Positions 53,090 to 64,000 of a DNA stretch of 64,000 nt are shown in pieces. A model generated the notes under the pieces. It saw only the letters and a program-made list of their open reading frames with translations. It searched no databases and had not been told where the DNA came from. Origin of the DNA: Octopus sinensis (lineage: Eukaryota). The stretch covers positions 34,782,001 to 34,846,000 of the forward strand of contig NC_043015.1 of NCBI RefSeq assembly GCF_006345805.1, written 5' to 3'. How positions within the stretch are numbered: position 1 is the stretch's first letter; each line of letters opens with the position of its first letter. Both the position numbers and the translations under genes were made by a program.

Positions 53090-54130
53090 CGTTTGCTAAA
53101 AGATCTAGGTGAACTTCCTGCTGAGTATTCTATGACAGTTGGCCCTAATCCCGGGGATTTTTACTCAATGATGACGAACCAAATGCAAACAACCGCATTC
53201 TAGTGTTTGGTACCAGTGATGGCCCCAGACTCCTTGCTGGTGCTGATACTCTCTATATAGATGGCACCTTTGTTATGGCTCCAAATATTTTCAAACAGAT
53301 CTATGTCATCCGTGTCCCTTTCGGTGATACAGCTGTTACTTCAGAGCACGCTCTTCTTCCACACAAGACTCATGCCACCTACGAAGATCTCTTTCAGGCT
53401 ATAGTTGATAAGTGTGCGGAGCTAAGCTATTCTATTGATGGGCAAACCGTGGTGACTGATTTCGAAGATGGTGTACTGAGAGCTGTTCTTTCAGTGTTTG
53501 GCCACGACATAGAGAGCAAAGGTTGTTTCTGTTGTTTCTTAGGTAGTCTTCTTGGCGTAAGATCCAGGAACTGGGTTTGGGAACACAGTATAATACCAAT
53601 ACTGAGTTCCGTTTGTTTCGTGGCATGATTGATGCTCTAGCTTTTTTGCCCTAGAAGACATCAATGAAGGTATGAGATAGCTCAAAACTGTCGTTCCACA
53701 AGACCCACCGGAACCCGAGGAGTTGCTCATGTACTTCGATTGTACTTATGTTAGTGGTTCCTTTCGACTGATTCAACAGCCAGTTGCCCTGATGTCTCTG
53801 AGAATGTGTCACATTCCATCTATGGAATGTGCATGATGCCTCCATGAACACCAACGCCCGCACCAACAACATCTGCGAAAGGTGGAATAATAAATTCTTC
53901 AACTTCCTTGGTCACAACTATTCTTCACTCTGGAGTGTCATTGAATGGTTTCAACGTGAAGCGACGCTGAGCATCATTATCCAGCAGGAAAAGATGAACT
54001 GTAAAGTCATAACAGAATGAAGATCGCATTCGAAGGTAGCTGTACTACGAAGCTTCTTGGATATCTCGAAGACTTTGTGATTTCGTCTTCGGAACATGTT
54101 TAAAGGAAAGGACAATGCCCCAGACTGGTC
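53090..54130 (+). mobile_element. Mutator-like (MULE) transposase remnant
   Basis: LYIDGTFVMAPNIFKQIYVI, ALLPHKTHATYEDLF, VVTDFEDGVLRAV..VFG....KGCF, RTNNICERWNNKF. Confidence 0.9.
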
Positions 54131-54261
54131 TGGCCCGGTCATTTAGAAATGAGTGGAACGACTCCGAAGACTCCGAAGGAGGTTAGGAGCGAGGACAGAA
54201 ATCCAATAGAAACCTTACAATTGGGGAAGCAGTGGAAGAGACCATACTGTGAATAGAAGCC

Positions 54262-54279
54262 AATCTATCTATCTATCTT

Positions 54280-54325
<46 letters not shown>

Positions 54326-54347
54326 AGTCTGTCTGTCTGTCTGTCTC

Positions 54348-54397
<50 letters not shown>

Positions 54398-54445
54398 CAT
54401 CCATCTATCTATCAGTCTGTCTGTCTGTCTCTCTATCTATCTATC

Positions 54446-54519
<74 letters not shown>

Positions 54520-54694
54520 CATCCATCTATCTATCTATCAGTCTGTCTGTCTGTCTCTCTATCTAACTTTATAATTATTTAACATCTATATAATTAACTA
54601 GCTGCCTGTCCGCCTGTCTGTCTATTTGTCTCTCTGCCTCTATCGATCTGTCTGTCTATCTTTCACTTCGCCTCTCTATGTACGCAACTGTTTG

Positions 54695-54764
<70 letters not shown>

Positions 54765-54800
54765 CATCTATCCATTTGTCTGTCTGTCTGTCTGTCAACC
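54262..54800. repeat. (TCTA)n/(TCTG)n compound microsatellite with repeated sub-blocks
   Basis: Direct reading. Confidence 0.9.
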
Positions 54801-56363
54801 CAATAATCTAAGAGAGATAGTATTCTACCGTTGTCTTCAATTAAGTGGTTGTTAATAGTTTCCAAAATTTCTGTATGCCATGACAGACATTCAAATTATA
54901 CTTGTATATATTTCGTCAACTGTTGCCCTATCGTTTAAAACTATTGTGACCTGTTGGTGCAGAGTAGGTTATTTGATATCGATTGAGGAGAGAAGGGCGA
55001 AGTTGAAGGAAATCATACGTAAGCATGCTGTCTTAAGGTAAGGGCCGGCAGTTGCCTGAGGGCCTCAAAGATCCTCCGGGGGCTCAATGCTAGTCTATGT
55101 ATATTGTGGCTTACTGTCAATAAATTAATTCTATCGGCTCAGTGGCATTCCGTTGCCCTAATCATAAATATCTTTCCAAGGTGTAACACTTGAACTTCAT
55201 CACTACCGTTAACATTACTTGAGAGATCAAACAAAAAATATATTAACAACAGCAATATTAACAGCTACTAAAGATAGCTTTATGCAATCGTTTGCCTTGT
55301 TGGAAATAGCAGACAAATTCCGTTTTAAAACTGGAAGGACTTATTGAACAATGTCCTAGAAATATAAAACGAAGGGATGGCTATAGCTGGAATGCTTTTG
55401 ATATTAAATCTACTCTGTCGCAGCTAACCTGGGACTAGACAACAACAAAAATAATTGCAGTAACAATAACACCAAGACATTGTAATGGCGGGACGTGAAG
55501 TTTAGGAGTGGCGGTCGAGAGCCATGTTGTGTATATGAGTTGATTATTAAGAAGATAATGTTGTAGAGTAGGTAATGATGGTGGGTGGTGATGGGTTGCA
55601 ACTAATTATAGAGGAAGTCACCACAATGGAGGGAATGTCTCCAATGATTCATCAACGAAGCTGTAGACAAAACACATGTCCAGGCAGGTTACCTTCTGTC
55701 TGTAGTCACCTTTTGTGATGGCGGCGGCGGCGCGGTGTTGGTGGCGGCGGCGGCGGCGGCCATGGACAGTTTGCAAACATTGAAGTTCTGTGCTGAAAAT
55801 GTCTCAAATAGGTTTCTCATTTGTTGCTGCTGCAGGTAAATGAGGATTGGGAAGATGAGAAGAAAAAGAAAGAAGAGGAAAAAAGGATAAGAATATAAAA
55901 AGAAGGGGGAGAGGAGGAGAAAGTGGGAGAGTGGAAGAAGTGTAGGAGAGAAGGAGAGAAAGAAGAGAAAAATAATAAGAAGGAAGAATTACACAAAAAG
56001 AGAAAGTAAAGAACAAAGGAAGACAAGTAAAGGAGGGGTAGCAGGAGGAGGAGGAGAGAATAGATAAAAAGGAGGAGTGGAAGGGTGAGAGAGAAAAAAA
56101 GTAAAGAAATAAGAGAAAATAATTAAAAAGTTGAAGTTTTTCTTGTTTTTCTTGAGATGTGAGTTGAGTCATCTGCCCGAATCCCACTTAATGGTCTCAC
56201 CCCCACCCCCACCCACCCACTTGCCACTTCCTTTCTTCACCCCCAACACTAAGGATTGGAATATCATTCAGGTGTCTTACGGAAATCAATGGCCAGTATC
56301 ACAAATTAACTGTGTCGCCAGCCTCTTTCACCTAACACGCGTGCACACACACTTACACACACA

Positions 56364-56438
<75 letters not shown>

Positions 56439-56487
56439 ATGCTTGCATACATATACTCACAACACAAATAAAACGCACACACACACA

Positions 56488-56527
<40 letters not shown>

Positions 56528-57033
56528 AAAGACTTCCATTGAATCAGAAAAAACATTGTTCAGAAAAGACAGTAAACACCCCACCTCTTCCTCCTACACC
56601 CCATCGCCAAAAACAACAACTACAAAAACAATCGATACGCAATTAAGAAACCCATTTTTAATGGAAACATTTATCCATTTATCAATTTATCAAAACAAAA
56701 TGAAATAAAAGTCCATGTTTCTCGCTACTGAAGAGGAAAAAAAGTGTGTTTACAGACGGAACGGGACATTTGGTCATCACTGATTTATGAATAGATTAGC
56801 AGATCAATCGATCGAGAGATTGATTAATCGATAGCTAGATATAGACAGAGAGGTAGACTGATAAATAGCTAGACGCACACACACACACACACACGCGCGC
56901 GCGCGCACGCACGCATGCACACACACACACACATATACACTCAATGTAGTCACTATATTTGAAAAAAGTATTTTATAATTAAAAATTATAATATAAATAA
57001 ATCTTTGAATGAAAGCAGATTAACACAACTTGA

Positions 57034-57590
57034 TGAAAAAGGGTTTTATGTCAGTGCTGTCGCTGCCTTCAGCTTTTCAAATACACGTATACAGTAAATA
57101 TTCCTATGTTGTTGTTTATATAGGAGTAGTTGTGATGCTTTGGATTGAATATCTTCATAAAATATTCTTCTTATGCCTTTCGTAATTGATAATTTTCTTC
57201 CTTTATTTTGGAGAAAGAAAAAAAAAAGATAGGGGAGAATATTTTGAATTTTTCATTCGCACAAATGCCAATCTGTTCATTACTTGTAACATTCCTGACA
57301 GATGGATTCTTGATTTGTTGTGTATGTATTTTGATCTGATCTGTTAACTTTCTCCCTTCTTGGCTGATATACCTTGCATTGCAGTAAATAAGATGTTTGT
57401 TTTGCTATTCACATTTACATTATGCTTCAATTCTTTCTCATTCTTGAAATTTTTAGTTTTTACCCTGTGCAGTTAAATCACAAGTCCCACAACGAAGGTT
57501 TTCGCATTTTATTGCATTATTTATTTTAAGATTTCGCCTTTGTAAAGAATCTTAAATTTTGGTGGATGTCTTCGACTGCTTTCGTATTTA
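57034..57590 (-). mobile_element. Penelope-like element remnant (GIY-YIG endonuclease and 3' pLTR)
   Basis: IKCENLRCGTCDL, RYISQEGRKLTDQIKIHTQQIKNPSVRN (YIGQT..L..R..H-like), ICANEKFKIF; decayed hammerhead-like CUGAAGG CAG..CUG at 57034-57079. Confidence 0.65.
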
Positions 57591-57594
57591 TGCG

Positions 57595-58210
57595 TGGTCT
57601 TCTGTTATATACTCTTATCTTTTTATCTGATGATACGTTGCAGAAGAGTTGAGCGACTTCTTTGGACATGTATTCAAGGTTATCAGACAAGGAATGCTAC
57701 TCAAGGAGTTGATTTCCAAGCCTCATGATGTTATCTGCCTCGTGTATGCAAACTTGGTCCAGGGGTGCACTTTGACACTTGGTGGTTAAGAGACGTTGCT
57801 GAAAGGATATGATATGACATTCAAAGGCAGTCTGGGTCGATGTGAAACCTCTACCCCCTTGTTTTCGTTTTAGGTAGAGGCGGCCTACGTTGCTGTTGAT
57901 ATGGAAATTATGTGTGATGGTTAGTATTTTCTGGTTTGACACCTCAATGGCTCGGATCTCATCAAGCGTCCAGTCAAGTAGCCCAAATGTTGGTGTGAGT
58001 ACTGGTACTACAAACACATTGTGGGCCACTGTTTTATTGAATGCATAGAGTTCCGAGGTCCATACTTTCTTTATTCTTTAATGACATGTTCCTTGTTATG
58101 GGTACTATTGTAAGATATGTTTTCATCTACCCCTAGGTACCTGTAACATTCCTCATTAGATATAGAGGAAATAGTTAAGCCATTGGTGGAGATGCTGTAA
58201 AATAGGTAAT
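57595..58210 (-). mobile_element. R4/Dong-like non-LTR RT fragment
   Basis: YRYLGVDENISY, AHNVFVVPVLTPTFGLLDW, NVGRLYLKRKQGGRG; homologous to 2420-3170. Confidence 0.8.
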
Positions 58211-58649
58211 CGTTAGTTAGTTCCATGTTCGAATAAATAATACAGTTATAGGTAATGTCTTCTAGCAGTTTCAAATAAGAATTTCAATGATAATCCAGGA
58301 TGTCAATATCTGACATCTGCTATTCTTCATTCTTTATCGATCTGTCTATATACATCCTCCCCCTAACCTCTTTCGATTACCTCTCCTACTATACTGACTA
58401 GTACATATCTACTCGACTACATTTACGTCTGTTTTTCCTCCACCCTGTAATTTAATATCCTTATTCAACCCTCATCCATTCTCTATTCAAAATTGGAACT
58501 AGTAACCTTGCCATGGTTACCTATTTTACACATTCTTATTTTACACCCAATTTTTGACAAATTGGAATATGCTAATATCCTTGACTGGGGACATTCCCTC
58601 ATCTTTACATCTCTCGAGTGATTCCAAACGTTTTGCTTTTCATTTTCAT

Positions 58650-58894
58650 GTACGTACATACATACATACATACATACATACATACATACATACATACATA
58701 CATACATACATACATACATGCATGCATACATACATACATGCATGCATGCATACATACATACATACATACATACATACATACATACATACATACATACATA
58801 CATACATACATACATACATACATACATGCATGCATACATACATACATGCATGCATGCATACATACATACATACATACATACATACATACATACA

Positions 58895-58922
<28 letters not shown>
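58650..58922. repeat. (TACA)n microsatellite
   Basis: Direct reading. Confidence 0.95.
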
Positions 58923-58924
<2 letters not shown>

Positions 58925-58926
<2 letters not shown>

Positions 58927-59760
58927 GGGGGAGATAATTCACAACAAAAAAAACGAAAGACGAAGACAGGTGGTATAGACAACAAACAGATGTATTACTT
59001 GAACGCTCGGGAAGTGAAAAAGTCTTTAACGTTTCGAGCCTACGCTCTTCCACAGAAAGGAACACTGAGATAAACAAGGAGAGAAAAATAAAGAATGTGT
59101 AGTGGCTATCGATCTATCATGACGAATGCCGGACAGAGGGGTTACACAGGAGAGCTAGGAAGAAGGGGAAATAATAAAAGTAGTGGTGATCCCAAAACGA
59201 AGGTGCGCGTACGTTTATATAAGAGAGCATGTATGTGCGTGTGGAAGAGGGCTGGTGACCTTGACGTGTGCGAGTGTGTATGTGTAGGTGTGTGGGTGGT
59301 GATGTGGAGCTGGAAAGTGGTCAGTGCTAGTGTGTGCGTGGTGGTGTGGTAGGGTGGTGTATGGTGTAGTGGTGTGTGGTGGTGTGGTGGTGTTGGGATG
59401 TGGGGAAGGCGAGAGTGGGGAAAGCAAGGGTGAGGTGTGGATAAGCCTGAGGGTGGGGTAGATGTGGGGTATGTGGGAGTGGGTTAAGGGATGGGATGGG
59501 ATGGATAGGGAAGGTGGGGTTGGATTGTGTAGGGGGTTACTAGGGAGGGGTGACGAGGAAGGGAGAGGGTGGGTAAGAGTGAAGATAAGAGAGGAGAGTA
59601 GGAGTGAAGAGAAGCAGGAGTCGGAGCAAGAGAGGAGAGATGGGTGGGAGAAAGTATGTGTGAGAGGGAGAGAAGAGAGGGGGAGAGGGTTAGATGAAGA
59701 GGGAAGGAGAGTTGAGTCCACGTGGCGCAAAGGAGCGAAGAGAGAAGATTAATTCCTGTT
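58925..59760 (-). mobile_element. 3' end of a Penelope-like element (ORF tail, pyrimidine-rich UTR, pLTR)
   Basis: pLTR 58925-59125 is homologous to 63451-63645; minus-strand TGINLL resembles the PLE C-terminal G(I/L)N motif (weak). Confidence 0.6.
59024..59059 (-). ncRNA. Minimal hammerhead-like motif, CUGUGGA core variant
   Basis: CUUU CUGUGGA A GAGC GUAG GCUC GAAA CG UU AAAG; palindromic ACGU stem III. Confidence 0.45.
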
Positions 59761-59761
59761 A

Positions 59762-59809
<48 letters not shown>

Positions 59810-60804
59810 TCTTCCACCTCGCCCATGGTGTCATCCTTATTGTGTGTCATCTTACTAAAATCTGCACTAAACACGTCAACCAATTCAACTTACCCCAAAC
59901 AACCTTTTCTGGAACTTCTTGTTTACGTTTCTCTGGACAGAAATCAACCAATAAAAATTTGTGGAGTAATAACCACGTTGACCTCATCAGTCTGGGAATT
60001 CCTGTAAAGTTTATTAGCATTGTACCTCGTTCTGAAATGTAAATAAATATCTAATAATATTTATCGCAGTGAAATAACGATCAAATATAATCAGTAATGT
60101 ATGAAAGATATAAAACCAAGTGCAACAAAAAATGTTTACTATTGTCATGGAACGAACTTATTATACATATTAAGTGACAACACTACCAGCAATGATAATT
60201 ATTTAAAATCGTAACCTATACGTGAAGCAAAATGACCTGGTGGTTCAGGCACGGGTCTTAAGGTCCAGTGAACGTCTTTATTCATGGTTTCGATTCCCAT
60301 TTGCAGCATTTTTAATATATATACATTTAAAATTTCTAGTACTAATTATCCAGCTATTTAGTTATACATTTGTATTATATGCATCACAATGTTGTGTTTA
60401 AAACTTTTTCATTGATTCTTATATTTAAAATCTTCCAAATATAATTCCTCTTCGAAGAACAAATCTGTAGTTTCTTGCCAACCTCATTTCACTTGATACA
60501 CATGTTTTAGTTTGCTTCCAATTGGTTCGAGCAAGGAATTGAACTCTTTTCCTGCTCTTCGACTTACTCGTTTCTTACAGATTTCTCCGCGGAATTTATT
60601 ATATTTCAATGAATTGTTGATCTCAACATTAAGTTATAACTATATATATAAGCGCTAAATGAGTTAGAATAAAGAAATAGCTATGCCAGCTTTCTAACAA
60701 AAAAATAAAGATTATCAAAATATAATAATGGCACAAAATGAGCAGCTGTCAAAGTTTACCATATACCTTACTATAAATTTCATACTTGACGACCTAATAT
60801 ATAC

Positions 60805-60821
60805 ATATGTATGTATGTATG

Positions 60822-60852
<31 letters not shown>

Positions 60853-61414
60853 TTATGTATGTATGTATGTATGTATGTATGTATGCATGCTGAGTATGTA
60901 TGTATGTATGTATTTTTTTTTATGTATTATGTATGTATGTATGTATGTATGTATGTATGTATGTTGTATGCTGTATGTATGTATGTATGTATGGATGGAT
61001 GGATGGGTATGTATGTATGGATGTATTTGTTTCTGTATGTATGTATGTGTATGTATGTATGTATGTATGTATGTATGTAGTATATGCATGCATGTATGTA
61101 TGTATGTATGTATGTATTTTTTTATGTATGTATGTATGTATGTATGTATGTATGTATGTATGTATGTATGTATGCATGTATGTATGTATGTATGTATGGA
61201 TGGATGGATGGATGTATGTATGTATGGATGTATTTTTTTCTGTATGTATGTATGTATGTATGTATGCATGTATGTATGTATGTATGTATGGATGGATGGA
61301 TGGATGTATGTATGTATGGATGTATTTTTTTCTGTATGTATGTATGTATGTATGTATGTATGTATGTATGTATGTATGTATGTATGCATGCATGCATGTA
61401 TGTATGTATGTATG

Positions 61415-61445
<31 letters not shown>

Positions 61446-61772
61446 TATGGATGTTTTTTATGTATGTATGTATGTATATATGTATGTATCATGCATGCAT
61501 GTATGTATGTATGTATGTATGTAGTATGGATGTATTTTTATTATGTATGTATTATGTATATATGTATGTATGCATGCATGCATGTATTATGTATGTATGT
61601 ATGTATGTATATATGTATGTATGCATGCATGCATGTATGTGTAGTATGTATGTATGTATGTATGTATGTATGTAGTATGTATGTATGTATGTATGTATGG
61701 ATGTATTTTTATGTATGTATGTATGTATGTATGTATGTATGTATGTATGTATGTATGTATGTATGTATGTAT
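60805..61772. repeat. (TATG)n/(GATG)n microsatellite, ~1 kb, with higher-order units
   Basis: Direct reading; block at 61198 recurs at 61290. Confidence 0.95.
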
Positions 61773-62349
61773 CAGCACAGGTGAAACAGTAATTCGAACA
61801 GAAATTCCCTGCTGTATTTAATATACACTGAGTAATTTCCCCTTACGTCACTTTCCACTTTACATTTCATATCTTTCGATAACCACAAGTTGCAGACATT
61901 GTAAAGGGAGGTGGAGGATATAATCGACTCCATCTCTTGAAAATGGTGCTACTCCAGCATGGCTGCGATGAAAGAAGATAAAAAGAAAGAACTGATAATG
62001 AATCTAATGTGATGTCTTCGCTAGACAACATTGCAGCCAATTTCATTTTCTAATTGGATTTCATTTCAGGAAGACAAATACTGCATTTGAGTAAGAAATA
62101 AAAATGGCATGTGATTAGTAAAGGTGTTTCTGTGTTGTACATACCTTTCCTAATGCAAATTAGACATGCAAATGAAGTGAAATAGCAATGAACTACAATC
62201 AAAAGCTGCTTTAGATGTCAGCTGTCGTTAATCCATAATGTCCACTACAGAAATGGAACTATTAAGCTTCAAGAGCGATAATGGCCAATTTAAGTCATTA
62301 TCTATGTCCAGCCGTCAACTGACTGACGTCTTGAAGTATGTGAATGTGA

Positions 62350-62417
<68 letters not shown>

Positions 62418-62892
62418 GTATGCAAATATCTATGCGGATGTGAATATAGAAGTAAAGTGTGTGGTATCGGGTGAGAGATGTGAGAGACTCTGAACTGAAA
62501 CCAATCAATAAGCTTTTATAGAAATTGACAATTTATGGAGAGTACACAGAAACGCATTAGAGGATTTGTTGTTTCTCTAACAACCAACACACGATGATGA
62601 CTTGTAAACAGTCGAGAGATAAATCAGCAACGATATCTCACCTGAACCTCTTTCTCTCTCCCCAATTTCTCTACCTCTCTCTCACTCACTCTTTCTCTCT
62701 CTTTCTCTTTTTCTCTCTTTCCTTTCTCACTCTCACCCCTCTCTCTCTTTTCTTTTTACTTTTGATCTATTTCTTGCTTCTCCTTTTCTCTCCGAATTTT
62801 CTCATTCACAATTTTTTGTGCCTTCATATCGTGAGGCACAGGCACACGCAGGCACAAAAATGAAACTGTAGTTTCTTCTTTTCCATCACAAT

Positions 62893-62962
<70 letters not shown>

Positions 62963-63399
62963 ACAGACATGCAAGAAGTAAATAGACACCTTTAATTTTC
63001 AAAATGTCTGATCTAAGCGTCTTAATATGTTTTCAGCGGTATAGAATTTACAATGTAATTATTCTTTTTCATTCCAGGTGCCATAATATTAAACATTTGC
63101 GAAGAGTAACCATGCCACGCACCAAAAAAATTCAGCAGAACTGTCAGATTTTTAATGAGGTCGTGCCTTTGTGAACTTGTGTTTCAGCCCACCAGGCCAC
63201 CACTTTGACCGACAAAGGAACCAGCTCTCTTCTTCCTTCTATTCCTCTTGCTACTGTTAATAGAATTACAGAGGCAGGCATAAGGGCCGAGACACTTGTC
63301 GGACGGCAGATCTTCCTCCGATGATCTTTCATAGGGTGCGCTCACCTTGCCTCCCCCCTCTTCTTCTTCTTCTTCTTCTGATATATATATATTGCATTG

Positions 63400-63477
63400 G
63401 TCTTGTTTTTTTCATAATTTCTCGCTATATATATATATATATATATATATAGCGAGAATTTACGAAAAAAACAAGAC
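63400..63477. repeat. 78-bp imperfect palindrome centred on (TA)13
   Basis: gtcttgtttttttcataatttctcgc-(TA)13-gcgagaatttacgaaaaaaacaagac; 2 mismatches. Confidence 0.95.
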
Positions 63478-63645
63478 ACGAAGACAGGTGGTGTACAAAA
63501 CAAACAGATGTATTAGTATAACGCTCAGGAATAGAAAAAGTCTTTTACGTTTCGAGCCTACGCTCTTCTACAGAAAGGGTCACAGAAAAAAACAAGGAGA
63601 GAAAAAATGTGTGAAGTGGCTAACGATCTATCATGGCGACTGATA
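63451..63645 (-). mobile_element. Solo Penelope-type pLTR between (TA)n tracts
   Basis: Homologous to 58925-59125; (TA)n on both sides. Confidence 0.7.
63542..63577 (-). ncRNA. Minimal hammerhead-like motif, CUGUAGA core variant
   Basis: CUUU CUGUAGA A GAGC GUAG GCUC GAAA CG UA AAAG; predicted GUA cleavage between 63546 and 63545. Confidence 0.45.
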
Positions 63646-64000
63646 TATATATAACAACTATATATATATATAATATATATATATATATATTATATATATA
63701 TATATAACAACTATATATATATATATATATAATATATATATATATTATATTGCAACAATGAGGATATTTAAACTCTTACAGGGATATTTTTTTATTAAAG
63801 ATACACTGGTTTAATATATTATATTTCGAAGAGATATTTCTTCTTCGAGAGTACGGTGGTTATGGTGCAGGAGATTCTAGAGAGGGTAAGAGCAGAAATC
63901 CCAGTAAGAGGAAGCTGGTATGTGCCTATATTGGACCGCGTGGTGCGATGCCAGCAGCATAGCGATAGGGGTTGTCCTAGAAATCGGAGGTGTTGAATTG

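Noticed and set aside
63805-63860. Minus-strand GAAGA/UCUUC hairpin plus GAAA in a (TA)n-flanked repeat at the window end
   Set aside because: Core not recognisable as CUGANGA and stem I does not pair; too weak to call, although the repeat looks pLTR-like

Overview
AT-rich metazoan genomic DNA, most consistent with an Octopus genome. That assignment is inferred from recognisable octopod-type SINE and RTE-tail families and the very heavy (TA)n/(TATG)n/(GA)n load; it was not verified by a search. No intact host protein-coding gene can be supported, and almost all ORFs in the supplied track are microsatellite translations or transposon debris. Firm features are two convergent tRNA genes (Gln-TTG 39362-39433 +, Asp-GTC 39773-39844 -) and a dense mosaic of transposon remnants from about a dozen groups: Gypsy, Tx1/L1, RTE, R4/Dong-like, Hero-like, Penelope-like, Buster and other hAT, mariner, pogo/Tigger, MULE, Merlin/IS1595 and Helitron, plus SINEs and MITEs. 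The youngest large element is a 5'-truncated Tx1-type LINE (23094-25549) with one frameshift, sitting inside a (TAT)n microsatellite. The main unexplained signal is RNA-structural. At least three unrelated, (TA)n-associated, Penelope-pLTR-like repeat families carry type I hammerhead-ribozyme-like folds with family-specific non-canonical cores. Two of the families are foldbacks with the motif on both strands, and one shows compensatory base changes between its arms. Several repeat termini are mirrored by short inverted stubs across (TA)n tracts. Other leads are a TE block carrying CCAAT/X-box/NRF1 motifs, an inverted MITE pair, and an orphan ETS/NRF1/YY1 promoter-like CpG patch at about 43.3 kb.
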